Source: Octopus vulgaris
Taxonomy: Eukaryota
Reading direction: 5' to 3'
DNA: 64,000 nucleotides
NCBI GenBank assembly: GCA_951406725.2
Contig: OX597817.1
Coordinates: 92,566,001-92,630,000 of the forward strand
Part shown: piece by piece, positions 54,012-64,000 of the stretch
How the letters are laid out: every line of letters begins with the position of its first letter
Numbering within the stretch: position 1 is the stretch's first letter
Made by a program: the position numbers and the translations under genes
Notes under the pieces: model-generated
Told to the model about the DNA's origin: nothing
What the model saw: the letters and a program-made list of their open reading frames with translations, nothing else
Databases searched by the model: none

Positions 54012-55213
54012 GGTGTTTGTGCTAAATTTAACAATTTTTATGTTTCTGTTTTCAGGAATAGCTTGATGTATTGGCAAACAGCATTGGACAGCATGAAAAT
54101 TGAAGTTGTAGTTGAGAGAAAATTGGCTGACACAGAGGACTTGAAACCATCTGAATGTGGAAAAGAGTTACCTGTATCATGATGAATTGCACTAGGTATC
54201 AAAATGCCAAATCATGATTGCTGATTAATTCTCTGTAAGCTCTGTAAAGGCTGTAAGATGTGACATGGACATCTACAAAGCTGAGGTCAATATGAAGGGA
54301 TACTGCAGGCATTCTGAATGTCCAGCAAGTACAGGACAGGGTAATTGAAGATCCAAGCAAGGGAATCCAGGCTTTGGAAAGGGAGATGGCTATTGAGGTT
54401 GCAACAATGAAGAAGGCTCTGAATAAGGACTTATTACTTGTACTCATGGCACAAAGGGACAAATTCTGACAGTCAAGACTAAGGAAACTACTTGAAAGCA
54501 AAGAAGCTCCTGAACAAGCTGGGGCATCCTGTTGACCCAAGAATGATTGGGTTCTTCTCAGATGAAAAGAACTTCTGCTGGGACCAATTGCACAATACCC
54601 AGACCAACAGGTGGCTTACCTACAGTAAATATGATGCCTTATTTATCATGAAAACTAAGTTCTCTCAACCTGTGATGGTGTTTAGTGTCTCCAGTGAGGG
54701 TGACATCATGCTAACCTACATCTTTGAACAGGACTTTAAACTCCATTCAGATAGTCATGTGAAACTGCTGGAGACTGTGGTCAAACTCTGGCTGGAGAGA
54801 GTTGTTGCAGGAAGTCATTTGCATGGCAACAGGATCTGGCTTCTTGTCATACCTCCAGTAAGAGTTAAAAGTAGTCATCAGAGAATTTCTGTGACTTCAC
54901 CAACCCTAATTTCTGGCCTCCTAATTCCCTTGAAACCAACTGCTCTGTCTGCAACACCAAGGCTGAGCTGGGAGCCAAGATCAAGAGGTATTTGAAGATC
55001 TTCTCACAGACACAGTGAGGAATGCATATGCCAGGTTCCTGAGCTGTCTTGAGTCCATTGAAGAACCTGAGGGCAACTACATTGAGTAAACTGATATCTC
55101 CTATCCATAATTTAATTGATATTTTCTGAATTTTAAAAATACTTTAATTTTTGGATGAGATTTTCTTTCCTTCTCCATTAATGCAAATTGTCAAATTTAT
55201 CCTGAATACCCTG
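54009..55213 (+). mobile_element. Tc1/mariner-superfamily transposon, maT (DD37D)-like, decayed
   Basis: TIRs cagggtgtttgtgctaaatttaacaatt and aattgtcaaatttatcctgaataccctg with TA flanks. FFSDEKNF..DQLHNTQTNRW; WQQD.A.CH; FWPPNS. Confidence 0.85.
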
Positions 55214-55250
<37 letters not shown>

Positions 55251-55390
55251 TTAGAAAAAAACCCCCCACCTTTTATCAATCCAATAATGAACAATTAAAT
55301 TATACCATTTAGAAAAATTACATATTATAGAAAGATTAAATATAAGATAAAACATATAACAATGATTAAGTAATGTATATATTTGGTAGA

Positions 55391-55502
55391 ATAACAATAC
55401 GTGTTTCGTGGCTATATTTAAGAAATGATAATAGTAATAATAATAATAGTAGTAGTAGTAGTAAAATCACTTCAATATAAATATAGCCACTCTTCATGTT
55501 AA
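55391..55502 (-). ncRNA. Hammerhead-like motif with 13-bp stem II and microsatellite loop
   Basis: Minus strand reads ATGAAGA-GTGGCTATATTTA...TAAATATAGCCAC-GAAA-C-AC-GTA. Position 3 is A instead of C. Confidence 0.5.
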
Positions 55503-56176
55503 AGACAACAACAATAAAATAATTAATTAGATAAATTAATAAATATACGTAAATAATCTTGTAAAATACGAAATATCTTAACAGATATATTCTTGTTTAA
55601 AAAGTAAGATACAATTAATTAAAATATTTAAAGCAAATATATATATAAAGATACAAAAAATACATTAAGTGAAAACTAAATACTATAATTTTAGCTATAT
55701 ACATTAAATTAAATTATTAATTAATTTATTTATTTAATAAACATCTAAATAAAAACTTAAACTCATTAAGTAATTTATATTAAAAACCTTAATGTTAAGT
55801 AATATATATAATGTTAGTACAAGCTATAAATATTAGAATTAAAAATAGGAAATGGTTCAAATATATATACACCTACACACCTATTAGATAAACTAACTAT
55901 ATTATTAATATATATGTAGTACCCATAGATTTAATATTTTACTCAATAATATAGTTGACCAAAATATCAATTAATATTAAACTAATTTACTTAAAATGTA
56001 ATACTACGTAATAAATAGACCACCTAGCTATTAAATAATGTATTGTCTTACAAAACTAATTCTCAAATTAAATTATATGTAATACGTTAAATCACATTAT
56101 AAAAATAATAATAAAGCATAATAAATAAATAGATATCCATATCATAACTAATAATTATCAAGAAATTATATATAAG

Positions 56177-58630
56177 CTAGCAGTATAACCCGACCTAAGC
56201 TAATCAAGTTCTTTATTTCAAACCAAACTAAGTAATATAGACGTCAAATTTGGGCGAAATCCGTTGAAATTAGTTATATTATATATATATTATATATATA
56301 TAATATAATATAAATATATATGGGCAACAGACGCGAACACACATATACACACGTACGTACGTACACCTATTGCATGTTTTGTGCACGCATACATGTTCAT
56401 AAACAGAAATGAATGGAAAAAATGTTGTTAAATTTGCAGATTAACACCCGCACGATTTTCACTAAGAAAAAAAAAATCGTTTTTTTTTTGCGTGGAATCA
56501 ACTACTCTGGCCTCAAAACCCTTTTTGTAGTCCGTGAAACGGAGTGGGGTGTGGTGGAAGCCTCGCAAATTGTACCCATTTATATTGTGTAATTCACTGA
56601 CAAATTATTACTCACCTCTTTGTTTTGTTGTTGTTAAATAAATAGATTGTCAACAAAACACTTTTTTACTCGGCGTAAAATAAAAACAAAACTCTTTCGC
56701 ACCCAAAGTAATGTGTATGAGAGAGGGGGGAGAAAGATGAACGATTTAAAATAAATAAATGATTTAAAATAAATATATTGTAATTCGTTTTGGGATTTGG
56801 TTTGCAAGATTCTTTATATGGGTTCGTGTGTTCAAGCATATTCTGTTGTGTCTGGGGAGAGTCATTTTCTTTTTGTGCCTTATTATTTAACACACTCACC
56901 AGTTATTTCTTATTTTTATTTTCCTAAAATTTTCGTTGTATCTTGCAACCTTTTCAATAGTTTTGACTGTCCGTTATTTACACCGCGTTCCCTTTTGTTT
57001 GTTTGTGCGCATGTGTGTGGGTCAGTGTGTGCGTGTGTGAGCCTATACATGCACGCATGTATGTGTGTGTGTGTGTGTGTGTTTGCATGTGGTTGTATGT
57101 ATATATGTGTGTGTATGCATATGTATATATGTATGTATGTGTGTGCATCTGTATGTACGTATCCTGCATATTTATGTGTTTGCCTGTCCATGTTTGTGTA
57201 TTTTCTATGTGTGTGTGAGCATGTGTTTGTATATATATGCACTTCTGTCTCCTTGTGTGTGCATATCTCTGTGTGTGTGTTATGTAACTATGTACCATGT
57301 TTGTATGTATGGATGTGTATCTTTATATGTGTGGATCCGTGTCTCCATATGTGTCTGTTCATATAGTCTATATACCTATCCGTCTGTATATTGATCTGTT
57401 TATTTACATATCTAACATACAAAAACATGCAAACACACACACACATACATACGTACATGCGTGCATGTATAGGCACACACACACACTGACCCATACATAT
57501 GCGCACAAACAAACAAAAGGGAACGCAGTATATTGTAATTGTTGTGTGAGAAAGTATATATAATATAATTATAAAATATAGTGTCTTTCAAAAACGAAAA
57601 ACAAAACATTTTACATTTTACTAGCAGTATCGCCCGGCGTTGCTCGGGTTTGTAAGGGAAATAACTATATAAGCATTTTTAGAGAGTTACTTCCCTTATA
57701 GATGCCAATTCGGGCTTTCTTAGCCATTTCTGTTTTGGCGTCTTCAAGCCATGAAGTCGTTGTTCTAAAAGAACGCTGGTCTCCTTGACAACGCTTTACG
57801 ACGTTGATTTCCTTACACTTCCTTCCCCACAGCTTCACGAGGGAGGGAGGGAAGAAGGGGGAGAAGCAAACAGGTGCAGGTGTGACCATGGACGCCAACT
57901 CCGCCGCCATCGACACACGAAAAATTATGCATTAAAATGGAATAAAAAATGATGTTAAATTATTTTTAAAATCGTAGACTCATCGTAGACGCGCGCTAAT
58001 ACTCAGACGGGCTTGATATGAATCACGACTATAAGATACCCGAATTTGGTTAAACTGCACCGCAAAATGTGGGAGTAGTTAGGAATCTAAATCGAAGGGG
58101 ACAGACACTCACACAACTACAGTTTTATATATATAGATTTTTTATGAACGCCATCACTTTCTCTCTCCCTCTCTCACTTTGTCTTTCCCGTGAAACTCTG
58201 CCTCCTTCTTCCACTTTTCTTTATCTTATTTTTTTGGTTAGATGACGTCCATAGGCAATGGCTAAAAATAGATTTTCATGAACGCCGTCATTTACTCTCT
58301 GTCTCTTCCTCTCTCACTTTGTCTTTCCCGTGAAACTCTCTGCCTCCTTCTTCCACTTTTCTTTATCTTACTTTTTTTTGTTAGACGCTGTCAAAAAGTA
58401 ATGGCCGATATTTTTTGTGACTAAAAGCTATGTCTGAAAATAGATATTTACGCTATCCACGGGTGCCTCGGGGAAAAGAATAAGTTGACAAAGCCCAGAT
58501 AGGATGTTGACAAATGTCCTCCTAAAATTGGAGCGACATGCGTGCTAATTTGTGGACGTGCATAAATTACAATCACGTACACACACACACACACACACGC
58601 ACACACACATCCTCTCTTTTATAGATATGA
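56177..58630 (-). mobile_element. Probable outer non-autonomous Helitron-like element
   Basis: Minus strand starts TCATATCTATAAAA and ends tcgggttatactgCTAG, similar to the inner copy. Contains a tandem duplication of about 135 bp (58132-58240 and 58268-58385). Confidence 0.5.
57621..58137 (-). mobile_element. Non-autonomous Helitron (517 bp)
   Basis: Minus strand reads A|TCTATATATATAAAA...CCCG-AGCAACGC-CGGG hairpin, 8 nt, CTAG|T: canonical TC and CTAG ends, AT target, no TSD. Confidence 0.85.
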
Positions 58631-58686
58631 TTAATATTTTAACAACAACAACAACAATAATAATAATGATAATAATAATAATAATA

Positions 58687-58730
<44 letters not shown>

Positions 58731-60152
58731 CAAACTTAATACAATTCAAAAGTTAAATAATGTTGTTAAATAAAAAACGTTACTTAGCTTGTCGATGAAA
58801 ATAATATAACTGAATTTTAAACGTACAAATGTAGGTCTTAGCGTTTATAAAAAATTAAACTCGTGATGACGTTGTGTAAACAAATAGAATACAATTATCA
58901 ATGAAAATGACGAAAAATATTTATTAATGAAAACGACGAAAAATAGTTAAACTTCATGAATTAAAGAAAAATAGAATAACAAAAGAACTATAAATGACTA
59001 TTTACTATAAATTAAGTTCCAAATAATTATTACGTAAAATATACATATAATATTAAATTAATTTATATTATTATAACTAATAGGTCTTAATAAAATTATA
59101 TATAATCATTTATATATTAAGAAATATCTAAGTTTAAAATTATTCAAATATATTAATATAACATATAATAATATAGTAAATTATACACTAATACTATTAA
59201 ATTATATCTACAAGAAATAAATAACATAAAAAGAAATAAGTTTTTATACATACGGAAAAATAAGTTAAACGTATTATATAGGTAAATAAACTTATTTTAG
59301 CATTTAATTTTAAATGACTATTTACCATAAATTTAAAGTTCAAATAATAAATAAGTAACATATATATATTATATTTAAATTAATTTATATTATATAATCA
59401 ATATATCTTAATAAATTTGTATCATCATTTATTTATTAGCTAAACCTATTATATAGGTAATCTAACTTATGTTTACATTTAATTTTACGTTCCTCTAATG
59501 AATTTACTAACACATAATTGTTATTAAATAATATTTATTTGAATTCATTATCACACAATAAATAGTAATTACACCCTATAGAATATGATTTAGCCCTACA
59601 AATAATCTCCCAAGTTAATTTATATTTAATAGATCTAGATTTAAGGTTCCAAATATATTTACTGAGACCTGTTGAATTTATTAGATTTTTATTCCAAAAA
59701 GACTACATATGTTGAGATACTCTTGATTTAATTATATTCGAAGTGGATCCTATATAAATAGTGTTTAAATTATGATAATTCAAATTCTTATCAAAGTTAC
59801 CATACACTTATAGACTACATTATCTAAATTACAATTATCATTAAACTTACATGTAGTCTTATCCCTACATGTACAATAAATTATATCTTGGTCTTTATTA
59901 TTATTATTGGAATCAATATTTAATCTATCTTTGTAGAATTTATTTAATTCAAATGTATTAAATGAAGAAATAATATAACCAACATTATTATTAGTTGAAT
60001 ACCCAACTCCAAAATTATTATTAGAAAAAACGTTAGAATATTTTTATTATCCTTAATGAATATTTCAATTATATTTAAAATCTCTTTAGTAAGATTTGTT
60101 TTAACCTGAGCCCCAAAAGAAACGATGAACCATGTTTTATTTTTATCTTTTA

Positions 60153-60205
<53 letters not shown>

Positions 60206-61088
60206 TATGTTTGACTTTTGCTTTATGTTTGTACAAGTTGGCTCCAAGTCTAACCCAGAGACCTCAAGAGACAACAGATTGGAAGTTATCTTCATTAATT
60301 GAATTAAATTTTATCTTATTTTTATTTTTATTTATATTTTAATTTTTTATTCCAATATTAAATGTATGATTTACATAATCAAAATACCTATTATTATTAA
60401 AACGATAGATACCTAAATAAAATTTATTATAATTCAGATAATTAGGTTTATCATTATAAAAATCATTCAAATTATTCTCCTTCACATTATAATTATGTTT
60501 ACAAGTAGTAAAAAATATAATATTATTACTGTATCCTGCCTCATGCAGGGCTATATTATAATAAGGTGCATGTTTATTAAAAATCTCTAAATCATAAGAA
60601 AGTAATGATATTCTTTTACCTACATTATTTATCAAAGATTTTTTAACAGGTGAATGATTACTATAAGCTTTAATATATCGAGGTTTTCATTAATTTTATG
60701 AAGTGGTTGTGTTTTACCTGTTATTAAATTAAAATTAACATCTAAATAATTAACATTATAGTTCTCATTATAAATAGTAATACTTAAACCATATCTTTTA
60801 AAGAAATTATAAAGTTTCTTTTTATATAATTCAAATTTTCTATTTGTACAATCCTTAGTAAGTAATAAAAGGTCATCCCTATATAAACCACCCTCTAAAT
60901 TTATATTTTCTAATAATAAATAAATACCTACTAAATCAGTAACCTGTGCAGAATCTGGTGCCCCCATAGGTATATCAAAATAGTTTTTAGTATCCTTCCT
61001 ACCCCATAATTTATTATTATATCTAATTAACAATTTCCTAGCCATTTAATTTTTCATTATTGAATTGATAAAAGGTGGGTTTTTTCTA

Positions 61089-61134
<46 letters not shown>

Positions 61135-61207
61135 CATATTTTGTGAAATTTGATTTAGTATTTCTAAATTGAATTTTTCCCCGTAAGTTTGGAATAATAT
61201 TCCCTCA

Positions 61208-61268
<61 letters not shown>

Positions 61269-61594
61269 TTATATATATACACACACACACAGGGTGTTCA
61301 GGATGAATTTGACAATTTGTATTAATGGAGAGGGAATGTAACCATATGTGGATCGTTGGCAATTTTTTCCTCCATCTGCCTTTTCTATTGAACTTTTCTC
61401 TGTCTTCTGTTTCAGAAGAAGAGCTTTGCTCAAAACATAAAACTACCTTTGTTTCCTTCCTTGAGTGTCTGCTAATACTTTGCATGTACTATATCTTCAC
61501 ATTGTTGTTTTTTCTTGTGCTTTTCCTTCATTTGGTGGGGGATTAACTATATATATATATATATATATATTCAGAGAGAGAAAGAGAGAGAGAG

Positions 61595-61650
<56 letters not shown>

Positions 61651-61789
61651 TATAATATCCAGGCAGATACTAAATTTCTCTATATAAAATGCCAAGGCTG
61701 CTTCTTTTAGATGATGTATTTTATGGTAAATTTCCTTTAACTCCCATCCAATATTACAGTTCTTTTTTTGGCTACTTAGAGTGTAAGGT

Positions 61790-62287
61790 ACAATATTGAT
61801 AATAAGGAGAATGAAGAATTTGAACATTCAAACTTTATGTTTATTTACTGTTGGTTTATTCATAATCATTGTCCGACACATGTTTCAGTTGCATTAATTG
61901 CACATTGTTGTATATTTATATGCAGCGGTTTATGCATTATTTGTACAATCTCTTCACAGTGTATAAATATGACATTATTCATCGATGAGCTATTTTTCAC
62001 AACATTTGTGAAAAACAGCTCATCGATGAATATCATGGTTTTCTACTTCCTGCTACCAAGCCCAATTCAAACTAATAATGGAGGAAAATTCCTCTTCAAA
62101 CAATGTCATATTTATAGACTCTGAAGAGATCATACTAATAATGCATAAACCACTGCATATGAATATGCAACAATATGCAATTAATGCAATCAAAACACGT
62201 GTTGGACAATTATTATGTATAAGCCAACTATAAATAAACAAAGTTTGAATGTTCAAATTCTTCATTCTTTTTATTATCAATATGTAT
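61790..62287. repeat. Large fold-back: about 190-bp inverted arms plus inner 25-bp-arm hairpin
   Basis: About 61790-61977 is the reverse complement of about 62102-62287. Inner hairpin attcatcgatgagct..tttttcacaa / ttgtgaaaaa..agctcatcgatgaat at about 61977-62031. Confidence 0.88.
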
Positions 62288-62381
62288 ATCAATGAATCAT
62301 TTTGATATTTAAATTGATGTTTGTCTGTCCATTTCTGTTCATTTTAGTCTAAATTTTTTATAATTTGGTGTAACATTTCAG

Positions 62382-62448
62382 GTAAATTGTACTTATGTTG
62401 ATGAAATTGTGCAATTTAAGTACCACTACTCAGTTTCTACACAGAAAG
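62382..62448 (+). CDS. ADAMTS-family exon H: end of spacer
   Basis: catttcag|GTA...AAA G|gtcagt. Translates VNCTYVDEIVQFKYHYSVSTQK, matching the terminal spacer strand (xxYxYxV). Phase 0 matches exon G. Confidence 0.72.
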
Positions 62449-62993
62449 GTCAGTGATAAAATATAAAAGGCATAGCTTCTAATTTCATTCTTGGACACTG
62501 CAGATTAAATTTCATAGACCTGTAATAATTGTGTGGTGCTAGTTTATATCTCATGAAGAAGTGGTGATTGAATGGGACCAGTTTTTGTCAAGTTACTCAT
62601 TTTAACCATATAGGTATTGTTTAGATGACTAGATTTTAGACCACAGCTCTATATACAAGAATCTAGATTTTAGACCTCAGCTCTATATACAAGAGTCATA
62701 AGTTAACTGATAGGTCACTTAATTGGTGACAGATGTATGTATGTCACTTAATTGGTGACAGATGTAGTTTTATCATAAACTAGCTTAAAATTCACACTCT
62801 GTGCAGACTTTTAAGCTAGCTCCTGTGGAGGGCTAATTGGGCTTGTAGCCCAAAACTAAGAAGAGCGATGATAAAGCATTTGTTGGTACCCTACCAATAT
62901 GGTATTATGTTAAATTCAGTTTAAATGAAAAACTTGTAAGTTCACAAATTTTTGGAGTGCTTTTAAAATTTGAATAAAAGATATATATATATA

Positions 62994-63023
<30 letters not shown>

Positions 63024-63030
<7 letters not shown>

Positions 63031-63635
63031 TATTAAGGTGGCTATTTGCAATTTAGAACCAATAGGCAACATGTACAGTTGTCACTAAAGTGATAGAGGA
63101 TGCTAGTAAGCACCACCATTGCTAAAAATAAAAGTCAAAACAACTCTTAGCCACATGAGACCACTTTTCTAATGGCTGACAAGAGAGACAGGCTCCCTCT
63201 CTACGATTCTGAGTTTTGACTCTCATTTCTGGCAATGCTGGTGCTTACTAGTACTCTCTGTCATTTTAGTGATGACTGTACTTGTTGCTTATTGGTTCTA
63301 AATTGTGAACAACCACCTTAGTAATTTATAATTCTCACTTCACCATTTTCGAAATCAGTCGATGTTTCCTATGGTGTTCTCTATTAGGCTGACAGGGTGA
63401 TTTAGTTTCTTTAACCCTTGGTGATGGATTAATGGGTCAATAGTAAAGATTGATTAAATCTGAAATCAGCGCTGATATGACTCCACCTCACTTGTCATAG
63501 GAAGGGAACCTGTCTCCCTTGCCAGCCATTAGAAAAGCGCTCTCACATGGCTAAGAGTTATTTTGACTCTTACTTCTAGCAATGATGGTGCTTACTACCA
63601 TCCTCTAACACTTTAGTGATGACTGTACTTGTTGT
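63024..63635. repeat. MITE-like fold-back with about 115-bp inverted arms plus a third inverted copy
   Basis: About 63024-63140 is inverted at about 63214-63331, and about 63066-63199 is inverted again at about 63503-63634. Confidence 0.8.
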
Positions 63636-63684
63636 GTATACACACACACACACACACACACACATACATACATACATACATATA

Positions 63685-63720
<36 letters not shown>

Positions 63721-63741
63721 TGTATGTATGTATGTATGTAT

Positions 63742-63941
63742 CGTGGCTTTGTGTCTGTTTGTTCCCTACTACTGCTTGATAACTGGTTTTGCTGTGTCTA
63801 CGTTCATGTAACTTAGTGGTTCAGTAAAAGAGGCCAATAAAAAAAGTACCAGGTAAAAAAAAGAAAGAGCTGGTGTTGATTTGTTTGATTAAAATTCTTC
63901 AAGGTGTGGCTGCAGTCTGATGACTGAAAAAAAATAAAAGA
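63742..63941 (+). mobile_element. 3' half of SINE family A
   Basis: gtaacttagtggttcagtaaaagag...gactgaaa...taaaag. Confidence 0.7.
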
Positions 63942-64000
63942 ACCACAAAATTCCTAGGTAAAACTTTATGTTAAGGGAGGTAACTCTTGTACTATGGCAT

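Larger units (their letters stand above)
55245..61095 (-). mobile_element. Second Naiad-type PLE, 5'-truncated with inverted terminal segment, in (TA)n, with nested Helitrons
   Basis: RT: FDIPMGAPDSAQVTDLVG...GLYRDD...YLDVNFNL (60632-61045). CTCRDKTTC motif and VYKC...IYIGSTS..IKSR GIY-YIG (about 59530-59880). About 55-bp inverted ends at 55245-55299 and 61044-61095. Confidence 0.85.

Noticed and set aside
55500-56170. Very AT-rich tract (also 58750-59480) suspected to be a NUMT
   Set aside because: No recognisable mitochondrial genes or tRNAs, and it lies between the GIY-YIG and the terminal repeat of the PLE.

Overview
AT-rich, microsatellite-dense animal genomic DNA, most likely an octopus or other coleoid cephalopod (inferred from my recognition of the SINE/LINE families, not proven). 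The only host gene I can support is a + strand ADAMTS/ADAMTS-like gene. Eight phase-compatible exons (8885-62448; 952 coding nt, about 317 codons) encode the end of a disintegrin-like module, the central TSP1 repeat, the 10-Cys cysteine-rich domain and the spacer, and the gene extends beyond the window. The introns (1.4-21 kb) are filled with decayed mobile DNA: R4/Dong-like RLE LINEs at (TAA)n tracts, RTE and CR1 LINEs, two Naiad-type Penelope-like elements (PLEs), at least three tRNA-derived SINE families, MULE, Chapaev3, mariner, maT-like and rosa-like DNA transposons, and nested non-autonomous Helitrons. The most notable unexplained signal is about a dozen minimal hammerhead-ribozyme-like motifs. 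They have palindromic loop 3, highly variable stem II, often an extra purine after A9, and one has a G3-C8 swapped core. Several sit in fold-back elements or are sense to the pre-mRNA. Everything was read by eye, and repeat boundaries are approximate unless a TSD or TIR is quoted.
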